64,000 nt of DNA from Candidatus Moranbacteria bacterium GW2011_GWE2_35_2- (GTDB lineage Bacteria; Patescibacteriota; Minisyncoccia; Moranbacterales; UBA9337). Location of the stretch: NCBI GenBank assembly GCA_000990585.1, contig LBQD01000002.1:250408-314407 (forward strand), given 5' to 3'. Every line of letters begins with the position of its first letter. Within the stretch, counting starts at the first letter, position 1. The translations under genes were made by a program, and so were the position numbers. Shown piece after piece: positions 29,092 to 39,733 of this stretch. The notes beneath the pieces were generated by a model. It was not told where the DNA came from. It saw nothing but the letters and a program-made list of their open reading frames with translations, and ran no database searches.

Positions 29092-30888
29092 TTATATTTT
29101 TCTTTTAACATCTTCTTCTTTGAAGAATTTAAGAATATCACCTTCTTTGATTTTAATATTTCCGTCAAAGGTTATTCCGCATTCATTTCCTTGTTTAACT
29201 TCATCAGTATCTTTCATATTTTGTTGAAGATTCGTGAGTTTTCCTGTTCCGATAATTTCTCCGTCTCGCTGCACCTCAATGTTCACTGATTTTATCGCCT
29301 TTCCTTCGATAATTCTTCCACCGATAATCATGTCGTGTTTTCCTGTTTTGAATATTGCTAAAACTTTCAATTTTCCAAAATCAGTCCGGATAATTTCCGG
29401 TGGAAGTAAGTCGGAAAGTTTTGATCGTACATCTTCCACGAGCTCATAAATTATTCCGAATGTTTTTACTTCTACCCCGGAATTTTCCGCCATTCTTTTG
29501 GCGACAGAGGTAGCATTAACATTGAATCCCATAATTATTGCATTGCTGCTGCCAGCGACTTTTACGTCCGATTCGGTTATATTTCCAACCCCCATAGCCA
29601 CATATTCAATCGCGACCTCGTCCGATTTGAGTGTGGATAATATTTGTTCGATAGCCTCTAATGAACCCTGAACATCAGATTTGATTATAATATTAAGTTT
29701 TTTTATTTTCTCATTGTCAATACTTTTAAAAAGATTTTGTTTACTAGCATCTTTTTTTGTTCCGGATATTTTTTCCGCAGTCTTCTCTGATTTTATTTTA
29801 GATATTGATTTTTTGCTGGCTACTTGCACGATATCATTTACATTAGGAGTGGTATTTAGTCCTATAATGATTGCGGGTGTTGATGGTGAAGCGCTCTCGA
29901 TGCTTTTCCCGGAGAAATCTTCAATTCTTTTTATTCTTCCATAAGTGTGTCCGGCAGTAATATCTTGCCCGACTTTTAGAGTTCCGGTTTTAACCAGAAC
30001 AGTGGAAACCGGACCTTTTTTAGGATCAAGGTTGGATTCCAAAACAACTGCCAAACCGTCTCTTTTGGCATCAGCTTTCAAATCTTCCACTTCAGCCAAA
30101 AGTAAAACTCTTTCTAATAAATCATCAATTCCGATATTATTTTTCGCACTGATTTCAACTGACATATATTTTCCTCCCCAGTCTTCCACCATTATTTCAT
30201 TTTCCGCCAGTTCTTGTTTTACTCTTTGTGCATTAGCTTCCGGTTTGTCGATTTTGTTGATGGCGATTAATGTGGGTATTTTCCTTTCTTTTAAATATTT
30301 AATTACTTCTTTGGTTTGAGGGCGAACGCCGTCATCAGCTGCCACAACAAGAATAGCAATATCTGCAATACTAACACCACGTTCGCGCATAGCGGAAAAG
30401 GCTTCGTGTCCGGGAGTGTCAACGAATGTGATTATTTTTCCTCGTTTTCGCGCTTGATAGGCGCTGATATGTTGAGTGATTCCTCCAAGTTCTTTGGCAG
30501 CTACACTTGTTTTGCGGATAGTATCCAAAAGGGTGGTTTTTCCATGATCAACATGCCCTAATATTGTTACTATCGGGGCTCGTTCTTGAAGGTTTTTTCC
30601 TGCTTCTTTTTCCTTCTTACAAATATCGATTAATTTCTCTAGAGTGATAATTTCTCCATCGGAAATATCCAAATCTTGTTCGGTCGTAAATCCCAAATCT
30701 TGCGCAATAATACTAGCCGTTTCAAAATCAATTTCTTCATTAATTGTTGCCATAATTCCGTTTTCCATCAATTCTTTGATTACTTCTGAAACAGGCATTT
30801 TTAAAATATCGGCGAATTTTTTTACACTCACGATTGGAGGTATGCTGGCTATTTTTTGAGGTTGTTGTTGACTGTTAATTTGGGTCAT
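29092..30888 (-). CDS. infB: Translation initiation factor IF-2 (short form)
   Basis: GTP-binding motifs ILGHVDHGKTTLLD, DTPGH and NKID, plus the C-terminal beta-barrel domains. Confidence 0.9.
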   Translation of the reverse strand: MTQINSQQQPQKIASIPPIVSVKKFADILKMPVSEVIKELMENGIMATINEEIDFETASIIAQDLGFTTEQDLDISDGEIITLEKLIDICKKEKEAGKNLQERAPIVTILGHVDHGKTTLLDTIRKTSVAAKELGGITQHISAYQARKRGKIITFVDTPGHEAFSAMRERGVSIADIAILVVAADDGVRPQTKEVIKYLKERKIPTLIAINKIDKPEANAQRVKQELAENEIMVEDWGGKYMSVEISAKNNIGIDDLLERVLLLAEVEDLKADAKRDGLAVVLESNLDPKKGPVSTVLVKTGTLKVGQDITAGHTYGRIKRIEDFSGKSIESASPSTPAIIIGLNTTPNVNDIVQVASKKSISKIKSEKTAEKISGTKKDASKQNLFKSIDNEKIKKLNIIIKSDVQGSLEAIEQILSTLKSDEVAIEYVAMGVGNITESDVKVAGSSNAIIMGFNVNATSVAKRMAENSGVEVKTFGIIYELVEDVRSKLSDLLPPEIIRTDFGKLKVLAIFKTGKHDMIIGGRIIEGKAIKSVNIEVQRDGEIIGTGKLTNLQQNMKDTDEVKQGNECGITFDGNIKIKEGDILKFFKEEDVKRKI

Positions 30889-30926
30889 TATTATGAAATT
30901 ATTATAATATTTAAAATGTAATTTTC

Positions 30927-31439
30927 TTAACTTTTCTTTTTTGAAGCGCTGGCAATATTGATAGCATTTTTTTCTTCTTCGGTGAGGGCGTATTTTTCTG
31001 ATTTTCCTTCTAGGATTGGCTTGCTATATACTCTTGTTCCTTCTCGCGTATGCAGAGAAGATATAACAATTCCGGATTTGTTTCCGTCCAGTAGTGCTAT
31101 GGCAAAACTTTGATTTCCTCCTAATTCTTTGAATGGATTGAAGCGTACGACTGCAACTTTATGCAATCCGTGATGGGCGAGAGTATATATTTTGTTCGAG
31201 GCTTCGAAGAGTTCTTGTATATCCTTATCCAGACTCTTGATTTCTTTTTGTTGAGAGAGAATTATCTGTTCGAGATCGTTTCCATTTTTGCCGGAAAAGA
31301 AAGACCGACTAGTATGATTTATTTTTTTTATCTTAAAAAACAGTATAAAAATTAATATTAAGGATAATAAAATAAAAAAAGTTATTAAAATAACCAGTGC
31401 AGTTAAATTGGAAGCGACAAAATTTTCCAAAAATGTCAT
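30927..31439 (-). CDS. Small N-terminally membrane-anchored protein, possibly DUF4446-like
   Basis: 170 aa with an N-terminal TM and the conserved-looking block RFNPFKELGGNQSFAIALLD..GIVISSLHTREGTRVY. The family assignment is from memory and is weak. Confidence 0.35.
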   Translation of the reverse strand: MTFLENFVASNLTALVILITFFILLSLILIFILFFKIKKINHTSRSFFSGKNGNDLEQIILSQQKEIKSLDKDIQELFEASNKIYTLAHHGLHKVAVVRFNPFKELGGNQSFAIALLDGNKSGIVISSLHTREGTRVYSKPILEGKSEKYALTEEEKNAINIASASKKKS

Positions 31440-31505
31440 ATTTTTTTTATTTATTCCTATAACACTTTACAAGCGTAGCACTTATTTTTGGCAGTGTAAA
31501 GCGAA

Positions 31506-33005
31506 TTATTGCTCAAGTAGGTTTATATGAGAAAGTTGAATAATATCGCCTGATTCTTCATAATTGTTAAAATAAAGAAAATTTTGAAAAAAGTCATAGA
31601 CAATCTTTGGATTGTCATATTGAAGCAATAGAATATCTTCCATATTCAAGCGATCGCGCAGGTCTGTTTCAACTATTTTTATCGCTTTTCCGACAGAAAA
31701 AATGACGTGTTCATAATCAGAAAACCAATGAACATTGCTTATTTTTTGTGAGAAACGTGTAATACTTTTTGTTTCATTTTCTAATCTTATTGGCTGAGTA
31801 TCCCAATCGCGCGTGTAATAAGTGAATATCTCGTAGTCATCCCAAAATAAAAGTTTTTTTCCGTCATTGGAAAATTGAACGCTGTTAATATTTTCCGCCA
31901 GTTGGTAAAAATAATTTCTGTATTGTCCGTTGTTATGAATATACAGTTTTCCATCAGCAAGAATAATCATTCGATCTTTGTCATATACGATTATGCGAAA
32001 GTCATTACTTTCGGCAATATTTTCAATCGGTTGCGTGGTTATTTGCTCGGAAGATTCTCCGTTTTGAAGTTTGGCGCGATATATGATTCCGTTGTCTTTT
32101 TTGAAATAGTAGACATAAGAGCTGGAAAGATCGTAGCCGGAAATATTTTCGGCAATTATTTTATTATCATTTGGATCAGAAAGATTTATTCGATATAGAT
32201 TGTTTCGAGAAAGATAAAATACAAAATTTCTACTATTAGGATCCCAGCGCACTTTCTGCAAATCATCTTTTTGGGATAAATTATTGATATTAATGCTTTC
32301 CTTGGATTTAATATCGACTATGAAATAATCGGCTTGATTGATTTGGTGAGATGTTTCAAATTCGTCCGTGGATATATTTTTTGAAGGCGTATTTATTTTT
32401 TTTGTTGGAATAATTATCTTATCTCCTTGTGGTGACCATTCAATATTCTCCCTTTCATTTTTTGAAAATGAATATTCCGAAGATGAGAAAACAGATTGGG
32501 AAATATTTTTATCAATGTTTAATATTCTTACGATAAAATCGTTATTTTCTTTTTTATCTTGAACCAATGCAATATTCTTGTTTTTTGGAGAAATAAAAAA
32601 ATTATCCACGTATGGAGTTGAAAAAGTTTGTTTGGTATATTCTTCTTTGACAAGAAAAACATTCCAAAATTCTACCGAAAGTCCGCTATGGACGGATGTT
32701 TTTTTCTTCCACGGGTGATATCCAGCAAGAGAGATTTCCACGGAATGTTGTCCCGGACGAATTCCGTCAATATGATAAGAATAATTTAGGAAGTTGAATT
32801 TTCTTTCAGATGACTCATCTGAGTCGATTTTAATATTGACTCTTTGCGGGATTGCCTTTGCTGTGATTGATCCAGAATAAATGAAAATTCCCCGTGCGGT
32901 ATTATAACGATAGCCAATGGTATAAAGAATCACCAAAGGAGCGGTTATTAAAAAGAAAACCACTAAAATCCAAAAAAATATTCGCCTTTTTGTGATACTT
33001 GTCAT
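31506..33005 (-). CDS. Membrane-anchored protein with a PEGA-like domain and a beta-propeller-like repeat region
   Basis: N-terminal TM. PEGA-like motif IDGIRPGQHSVEISLAGYHPWKK. The remainder is rich in repeated beta-strand-like segments. Confidence 0.4.
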   Translation of the reverse strand: MTSITKRRIFFWILVVFFLITAPLVILYTIGYRYNTARGIFIYSGSITAKAIPQRVNIKIDSDESSERKFNFLNYSYHIDGIRPGQHSVEISLAGYHPWKKKTSVHSGLSVEFWNVFLVKEEYTKQTFSTPYVDNFFISPKNKNIALVQDKKENNDFIVRILNIDKNISQSVFSSSEYSFSKNERENIEWSPQGDKIIIPTKKINTPSKNISTDEFETSHQINQADYFIVDIKSKESININNLSQKDDLQKVRWDPNSRNFVFYLSRNNLYRINLSDPNDNKIIAENISGYDLSSSYVYYFKKDNGIIYRAKLQNGESSEQITTQPIENIAESNDFRIIVYDKDRMIILADGKLYIHNNGQYRNYFYQLAENINSVQFSNDGKKLLFWDDYEIFTYYTRDWDTQPIRLENETKSITRFSQKISNVHWFSDYEHVIFSVGKAIKIVETDLRDRLNMEDILLLQYDNPKIVYDFFQNFLYFNNYEESGDIIQLSHINLLEQ

Positions 33006-33100
33006 AGTATTGTTTAATTCTTCAAATAATACGTCAAAAATCTTTTTTTGTCCACAGTTATTATAGCATGATTTTTATGGTATAATTTGTTTGTTGTATT

Positions 33101-34183
33101 TTGAATAATTGGATGATTTATGAAATGATGAAAAATAAACTAAGAGAAATCGGTTTGGCGCTTGTGATTATTGCATTGTCTGGCGGGGCATGGTTTTTAC
33201 TGCATCAGTCCGTAATAAATTCTAGTATCAATGACTGGATTGTTCCGGGGATATTTTTTTCTGCTGTTTTTGTTTTTTGGATAGTGGCGGTAATTTTGAT
33301 TAAAAAAACTTCACATATTGCGACAGTATTTTTTCTTTCTTTGATTCCAAGCTTATTTTTTGTATTTGATATCGGGCACTTTTTGGTATTATCCATAGCT
33401 TTTTTGTTTTTATTGATGGCAGCTACAAGAATTGAAAGAGAATTGACAACCTCTGTAAAAATAAATCTATGGAGGACAGTTCGCCTTGGAAGAATAATGA
33501 TGGTTTTCGCGCTGTCTTTGGCTATCAGTAGTCATTATTATTTTGAAATAAAAAATAATAATGCGCATCACAATATTCCTGATTTTAATCTGGGAAATGC
33601 TAATGAGAAAATTATTACAAAAGTCGTTTCATTTATTTATCCGGAAATTGATTTTTCAGAGGAAAATAAACTTACAGTAGATGAATTTATTTTGCAAGCG
33701 CAACAAAAAAAAATGAATACAGATTCAGATGATAAAAAAGAAATTGAAGGAATTATAGCTGAGCAATTTGGAGAAAACATAACCGAACAGCAGAAAAAAG
33801 AAATCATTGAAAATTATCAAAATCAAAGTGAGGAGTTTGCTGAGAAGAATAATGAATTGATTTTACGCAAGGGTCGAAAGCAAATCTCTGATTTAATTAA
33901 ACGTCCGGTGCGAGGGGATGAAGAAGTTGCTAGTGTTTTTTCACAAATGATTAGCACGAAGATTGAAGATTTTATTAATTTTGATGCCGGAAAAAGTAGT
34001 TATGGCAGCGCTTCATATTTGCCGGTTATTTTGACATTCCTTCTTTTTCTTTCTATTTTATCTTTCGGATCTTTTTTTGGACCGTTATGGGTAATGTTGG
34101 CGCAAGTTATTTTTTGGCTGATGGTAAAATTGAGATGGGTTAAAATAAATAAAATAATGGTTGAGCAGGAAGTGATTGAATGA
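33101..34183 (+). CDS. Polytopic membrane protein of unknown function
   Basis: 360 aa with several TM helices at both ends and an acidic central region. Confidence 0.4.
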   Translation: MNNWMIYEMMKNKLREIGLALVIIALSGGAWFLLHQSVINSSINDWIVPGIFFSAVFVFWIVAVILIKKTSHIATVFFLSLIPSLFFVFDIGHFLVLSIAFLFLLMAATRIERELTTSVKINLWRTVRLGRIMMVFALSLAISSHYYFEIKNNNAHHNIPDFNLGNANEKIITKVVSFIYPEIDFSEENKLTVDEFILQAQQKKMNTDSDDKKEIEGIIAEQFGENITEQQKKEIIENYQNQSEEFAEKNNELILRKGRKQISDLIKRPVRGDEEVASVFSQMISTKIEDFINFDAGKSSYGSASYLPVILTFLLFLSILSFGSFFGPLWVMLAQVIFWLMVKLRWVKINKIMVEQEVIE

Positions 34184-34335
34184 CATATTTTTCAAAAAAT
34201 TGATAAAGAAAAAAAGAAAATGGACAGATTATAGATATGAAAACGTGATTACTTATTAGCACTCTGCGCTGGGGATTGCTAATTTTTGTTTTTAGGTATA
34301 CAATAAATTGTGAATTATATTTTTTTTATATGTAT

Positions 34336-35424
34336 ATGACAAACGATTATTACAAAGTATTAGGTGTAGATAAAGGTGCTTCTGATGATGAAATAAAGAA
34401 AGCTTATCGTAAGTTGGCGCACAAATATCATCCGGACAAATCAGGGGGGGATGAAGCGAAATTTAAGGAGATAAACGAAGCTTATCAAGTGCTTTCTGAT
34501 AAAGCCAAGCGTGCGCAATACGATCAATTCGGATCAAACTTCAATCAGGCTGGAGGTGGCGGACAAGGTTTTTCCGGTTTCGATTTTTCCGGTTTTCAAG
34601 GCTTTAGCGGACAACAAAGCGGTTTTGAGTTTGGCGGCGGAGATTTTTCTGATATTTTTTCTGATATTTTTGGCGGCGGAAGGGGAAGTTCGCATCAAAA
34701 AGCAGGACAAGATATTCAAGTGGATGCGGAAATTTCTTTCGAAGAAATGATAAAAGGGGTAAAAAAAGAATTCAAGCTGTACAAAAGAGTGGTTTGTGAT
34801 AGGTGTCATGGAACGGGCGGGGAACTGGGAGAGAAGGAGGAATCTTGCCCGACATGCAAAGGAAGAGGGAAAGTTCAAAGAACGGTGCGCAGTATTTTAG
34901 GAACTTTTTCTCAGACATCAACTTGCCCGACTTGCCATGGAAAAGGAAAAATATATTCTAAAAAATGCAGCAAATGCGGAGGGGATGGACGAGTACGACA
35001 AGAAGAAATTATACAAGTGGAAATTCCGGCAGGAATATTTTCTGGTCAAACTATTTCGGTGCGTGGAAAGGGCGAGGCAGGAGAGCAAGGGGCTCCGGCA
35101 GGAGATTTATACGTGAACGTGCATGTGCATCCCCATGAGAAATTTAAAAGAGAAGAATTTGATATTTTATCAACGGAAAAGATTAGTTTTTCACAAGCCG
35201 CATTGGGAGACAAAATCGAAGTAGAAACTGTTAATGGAAGGGTGAAAATGAAAATTCCCGATGGAACTCAATCGGGCGAGCTTTTCCGAATTCGAGATAA
35301 AGGGGTGCCGAAGTTGAATGGCAGAGGGCGAGGCGATCATTTAGTGAAGATAGTTGTTGAAATTCCGAAAAAACTTTCGCGCGAGCAGAAAAAATTGATT
35401 GAGCAATTGAAAAATACGAAGTAG
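34336..35424 (+). CDS. dnaJ: Molecular chaperone DnaJ
   Basis: J-domain DYYKVLGV...[17 protein letters not shown]-rich linker, and four CxxCxGxG zinc-finger repeats. The track start at 34276 is upstream in frame; the ATG at 34336 (MTNDYYK) is preferred. Confidence 0.9.
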   Translation: MTNDYYKVLGVDKGASDDEIKKAYRKLAHKYHPDKSGGDEAKFKEINEAYQVLSDKAKRAQYDQFGSNFNQAGGGGQGFSGFDFSGFQGFSGQQSGFEFGGGDFSDIFSDIFGGGRGSSHQKAGQDIQVDAEISFEEMIKGVKKEFKLYKRVVCDRCHGTGGELGEKEESCPTCKGRGKVQRTVRSILGTFSQTSTCPTCHGKGKIYSKKCSKCGGDGRVRQEEIIQVEIPAGIFSGQTISVRGKGEAGEQGAPAGDLYVNVHVHPHEKFKREEFDILSTEKISFSQAALGDKIEVETVNGRVKMKIPDGTQSGELFRIRDKGVPKLNGRGRGDHLVKIVVEIPKKLSREQKKLIEQLKNTK

Positions 35425-35445
35425 GGATTCTTATAATTTTTTTAA

Positions 35446-36030
35446 TTAGTTATTATTGTTGTCAATTATCTCTTCTGTAATTCTGTTCTGACACATTTTG
35501 GAGATATTAAAATCTTCGATTTTTTCACAAATGGCATAATTTTTTTTTGAAATCGCCAGATCGCAGAGACAATAATCTTCTTCTAATCCTTCCTTATCTT
35601 CGCATTCTTCTTCGGAGTTGATATTGGTAAACTCTCCTATTCCGCAAACTTTTTGGCAATAAATTAAATCTTCCTTGTTGCTGGAAAAATTTTTACAGTT
35701 ATTTTCACAATCATCTTTTATTATTTTCAAAAAAGATTCTTTTGGTTTTTGATTTTCTTCGCTTAAATCTTCTTGCATATCCTTTTCCTCAAATAGATCT
35801 TCCTTTTTATCATCTTCATTTAAGAATTCACCGGGAGTGTCTTTTTCTGTGGATATAACATTTTCATTATTAAGAGTCGGTTGATTTTCAAATTGATTTA
35901 TTGTTTGATTTTCTTGGAATTTTTTTTCGGATGAAAAATATCTGTCTTTTATAGATTTTCCCAATAAAATAAAGACAATGGAAATTACAATTATAAATAA
36001 AAGCCAAAATATTTTTTCATATTTTTTCAT
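35446..36030 (-). CDS. Secreted/anchored acidic protein with a Cys-rich C-terminal domain (about 10 Cys); unknown function
   Basis: N-terminal TM or signal anchor. C-terminal CENNCKN..YCQKVCG..CEDK..YCLCD..CEK..MCQN. Confidence 0.4.
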   Translation of the reverse strand: MKKYEKIFWLLFIIVISIVFILLGKSIKDRYFSSEKKFQENQTINQFENQPTLNNENVISTEKDTPGEFLNEDDKKEDLFEEKDMQEDLSEENQKPKESFLKIIKDDCENNCKNFSSNKEDLIYCQKVCGIGEFTNINSEEECEDKEGLEEDYCLCDLAISKKNYAICEKIEDFNISKMCQNRITEEIIDNNNN

Positions 36031-36036
36031 ATTTTC

Positions 36037-37470
36037 TTAATAAACTTTTTGAAATCTTACTTTATAAAAATAATAACGCAGGATGTCTAATTCATTGTAA
36101 TCATAATCACTGGCAAGACGAAGCGCTCCATTGGCGGATAATCCAACCATATGATTTCCGGCAGCTTCCAGCTCATTAGTGCTCAAACTCGGATGTTTCC
36201 CATATGGATCGCGCACTGATTGACACCATGGATAAAGAGTAGAACCCCAGCGTTCTTGAAAGCTTTTGGTTTTTCCGTTTGTCCAAGAAGAATAGGGAGA
36301 AAGAGCTATTTCGTCTCCATACATCATTATTTTTCCGGAAGTATTTTGGGTAGCTTTTTTGATTTGCAAGTGATTATCTATTTCTTTTTCCGGAATGCCA
36401 ACTTCCCAATCGTATCCATGATAAATTTGATTGGAAGAAGTATTTATAACAATAAACCCTTGAGAGGCATATTGAGTGCTCCATCTAATTTTCCAATAAC
36501 CGTAAGTTCTAAACATAATTGTCATAGCTTCATTATAATTTGCATCGCCTGTGCCTGTGATTTCACCGATTCCCCAAATATAATGTTCTAAGGGAAGCGT
36601 GTTGATTATCCATATCCTGTCCCCGTCGGCTACGGGTGAATCGTAAAAATGTGCTTTGATTTTTCCTCGATAGCGGTCAAAGTTTGAATTTGGTCGATTT
36701 AAATCGAAAATAATAGAAGAATTATTTCCATCAGCTGCTTCAAAATATATATTCGATCCGGCATTGGTTTCCGCTATTGAATCATATACTTTTAGATTGC
36801 CATTGGAAAGGTATTGAATTTTAGTATGGGTATTTGCCTTTATTATTCCCAATGATTTTCCTGATTCATCTTTTATTCTATAATTTTTATTAGCGGTTAT
36901 GCGAATATAGGTTTCATCCCTCAAATCCGATTTGGTATAGCTGTAAAGGCCAATGGAAATATTCGGTCCAAGCGGACCGCTTTTTAGCGTTGCTTCACCA
37001 AGACCTCCGTTTTTTTGACTTCTTAAATAGCGACTATGACCATCTTTCCATTTGTTTTTTCCATATTTCTTCCCTTTTTCATACTTTTTTTTGTTGTATT
37101 TTTCGTATTTGGAATAACGGCTGTATTTTTTATATGGAATGACATATTTTTTATATTTTGAATATTTTTTATAGTCATCATAAAAGGTTGCATAGCTTGG
37201 ATAAGATTGCGGATTTTTTTTATAAAGTTTGTATTTTTTGTAATTTTCTTTTGCTGCGGTTTTTTTTGCTGAATTTTCAAATCCGTATTTTTCCTTATAT
37301 TTTTTATATTTTTTATATTTTGAATATTTATCTTTTTTTTGATATTTGAGGTAAAGTTCGTATTTTTGGTAGGCGTCATAATCCGGATCCGTTACTGCTG
37401 TCGCTGTTGGAATTTGGGGAAACAAAAAAACCGCAAATAAGATAATTTTGATTATGGTCTTGAAAGGCAT
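36037..37470 (-). CDS. SpoIID/LytB-domain protein with an N-terminal Tyr/Lys-rich low-complexity region
   Basis: Signal peptide. KYKKY-type repeats (residues ~35-130). C-terminal SpoIID-like block NTLPLEHYIWGIGEI. Confidence 0.55.
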   Translation of the reverse strand: MPFKTIIKIILFAVFLFPQIPTATAVTDPDYDAYQKYELYLKYQKKDKYSKYKKYKKYKEKYGFENSAKKTAAKENYKKYKLYKKNPQSYPSYATFYDDYKKYSKYKKYVIPYKKYSRYSKYEKYNKKKYEKGKKYGKNKWKDGHSRYLRSQKNGGLGEATLKSGPLGPNISIGLYSYTKSDLRDETYIRITANKNYRIKDESGKSLGIIKANTHTKIQYLSNGNLKVYDSIAETNAGSNIYFEAADGNNSSIIFDLNRPNSNFDRYRGKIKAHFYDSPVADGDRIWIINTLPLEHYIWGIGEITGTGDANYNEAMTIMFRTYGYWKIRWSTQYASQGFIVINTSSNQIYHGYDWEVGIPEKEIDNHLQIKKATQNTSGKIMMYGDEIALSPYSSWTNGKTKSFQERWGSTLYPWCQSVRDPYGKHPSLSTNELEAAGNHMVGLSANGALRLASDYDYNELDILRYYFYKVRFQKVY

Positions 37471-37616
37471 TTGTTTTTGTTGATTATTTTTGATTGAAAA
37501 TAGATTTTCTTTATTATAGCATATTTTTCAGTATTGTTGATTGGATTTTGCTATGATTTAGGGTTTGAGATATAATATTACATAGTATGGAGTATAAAAT
37601 ATAAAACACATAAAAA

Positions 37617-39710
37617 ATGTTTGGAATATTTGGAAATAAAAATAAAAAAGAAAAAAAGTTGGAGAAATTTTTTAATCCTTCTTCGGTGGCGGTTGTCGGA
37701 GCGACACCCAAATCGGGCAAAGTGGGAAATGTGATTGCCAAGAATCTTTTAGAGTTGGGATATTCTGGCAAGGTTTTTTTGGTAAATCCAAGACATGATG
37801 AATTGTTTGGTCGCAAGTGTTATAAAAGCCTGGAGGAAATAGAAGATGTGGTTGATTTGGCGATTGTGGCGATTCCGGCTGATTTTGTTGTTGATACGGT
37901 TGCGAATTCTTCCGGTAAAATTAAGAATTTTGCGATAGTTTCCGCCGGATTTTCCGAAATAGGACAGGTGGGAAAAGAACGTGAGGAAAGATTGAAAATA
38001 ATCGCCAAGGAGAATGGTTTGAATATTCTGGGACCCAATTGTCTTGGGTTTATTAATCCAGAAATAAAACTTAATGCGTCGTTTGCCGGCGGGATGCCCC
38101 AGGCGGGAAATGTGGCGTTTATTTCTCAATCAGGAGCTTTGGCAGTGGCGCTTATGGACATCGCGGAAAAAGAAAATATCAAGTTTTCAAATTTGGTTTC
38201 TGTTGGAAATAAAATGCAAATGAGTGAGGCGGAGTTGATTGAATACTTCGGAGAAGATAAGAATGTCGATGTGATTGGATTATATTTGGAGGGGATTAAT
38301 GATGGAGAAAAATTTGTGGAAGTTGCGCGCAGGGTTTCGGCAAAAAAACCAATCATTATTCTTAAAGCCGGAAAAACAGATAGGGCGCAAAAAGCAATTT
38401 CGTCGCATACCGGAGCTTTAGCGGGGAGCGACGCTATAATAAACGAAGCTTTTGTCAAGGCTGGAGTTATTCGCGCCGAAAATTTGGAAAACTTTTTTGA
38501 TTTAATAGAAGTAATATCCAAATCATCGGCAGTGAAAAATGAAAATGTGATTGTAGTGACGAATGCCGGCGGACCGGGAGTTTTGACGACCGATGCTTTT
38601 GAAAATAAAAAAATAAAATTGGCTGAGATTGAGAATAAGACGAAAGAGAAACTTATGGAATTTTTGCCAAGCGAATCTTCGGTAGAAAATCCGATTGATC
38701 TTTTGGGCGATGCGGATGAAATTCGTTATTCCAAAACTTTGGAAGCTTGCAATGATGCGAAGGCAGGTTCAATACTTTGTCTTCTTACTCCGCAAGATCA
38801 AACTCCGGTTGAAAAAATTGCGGAAAAAATTATTGATTTTAAAAAACAAACTGATAAAAATGTACTGGTAGCTTTTATCGGAGGAGAAAAAATCGAACAG
38901 GCTTTGAAGATTTTGCAAGAAAATGAGATTCCTAATGTTCCGTTTCCTGATCGGGCGGTTGCGGCTTTGGATAAATATTACAAATGGGGAAAAAACAAAA
39001 AATCCCCGGATAATATTATTGGGATGAAAAAGAAAGAATCGCGCGCTAAAAAAGTCAAAGAAATTATTTTAAAAGCGAAAAATAGCGGACGTACGGCGTT
39101 GTTGTTTTCGGAGACTGTGGAAATTATGAAATTATACGGGATTAATATGGTTGATTTTGCAAATGCGAAAGACGGAATACTTGGCGGTTTAAATTTTGGA
39201 TTTCCGATGGTTGCTAAAGTAGACAGTGATAAGACTTTACATAAGACCGACAAAGAAGGGTTGATTCTGGGAATTAATAATCAGGAGGAATTAGAAAAAG
39301 GGATTGAGAAGTTGCGTGTCAATTTTCCTGGAGAAAATTTAATTATTCAACCGATGCAAAATATCAAGATGGAGCTGATTGTCGGAATTAAACGCGATGA
39401 AACTTTTGGACCGGTAGTGGTTTATGGGTTGGGCGGGATTTATACGGAAATTTTCAAACAGGTGAATTTTTTGATTGTTCCTATGAATAAAGAAGAAATT
39501 CGCCGGCATTTGCTTGCAAGTAATATTGGATTTCTATTCCGCTCGACTCGCGGGCAAAAACCTTTTGATGCCGGTGAGATGGTAGATATTTTGCATTCGG
39601 TTATGGAACTGGCGCAAGAATCTGAATCAATTTTGGAATTTGATATTAATCCACTGCTTGTCTATAATGACAAAAAATCAGTGGCAGTAGACGTGAAAAT
39701 TATAATATAG
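37617..39710 (+). CDS. Acetyl-CoA synthetase (ADP-forming) / acyl-CoA synthetase (NDP-forming), fused alpha and beta domains
   Basis: CoA-binding N-terminus FFNPSSVAVVGATPKSGKVGN, a succinyl-CoA-synthetase-like flavodoxin domain, and a C-terminal ATP-grasp domain. Confidence 0.75.
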   Translation: MFGIFGNKNKKEKKLEKFFNPSSVAVVGATPKSGKVGNVIAKNLLELGYSGKVFLVNPRHDELFGRKCYKSLEEIEDVVDLAIVAIPADFVVDTVANSSGKIKNFAIVSAGFSEIGQVGKEREERLKIIAKENGLNILGPNCLGFINPEIKLNASFAGGMPQAGNVAFISQSGALAVALMDIAEKENIKFSNLVSVGNKMQMSEAELIEYFGEDKNVDVIGLYLEGINDGEKFVEVARRVSAKKPIIILKAGKTDRAQKAISSHTGALAGSDAIINEAFVKAGVIRAENLENFFDLIEVISKSSAVKNENVIVVTNAGGPGVLTTDAFENKKIKLAEIENKTKEKLMEFLPSESSVENPIDLLGDADEIRYSKTLEACNDAKAGSILCLLTPQDQTPVEKIAEKIIDFKKQTDKNVLVAFIGGEKIEQALKILQENEIPNVPFPDRAVAALDKYYKWGKNKKSPDNIIGMKKKESRAKKVKEIILKAKNSGRTALLFSETVEIMKLYGINMVDFANAKDGILGGLNFGFPMVAKVDSDKTLHKTDKEGLILGINNQEELEKGIEKLRVNFPGENLIIQPMQNIKMELIVGIKRDETFGPVVVYGLGGIYTEIFKQVNFLIVPMNKEEIRRHLLASNIGFLFRSTRGQKPFDAGEMVDILHSVMELAQESESILEFDINPLLVYNDKKSVAVDVKIII

Positions 39711-39733
39711 AAAATTTTTAATTTGCCTGAAAA

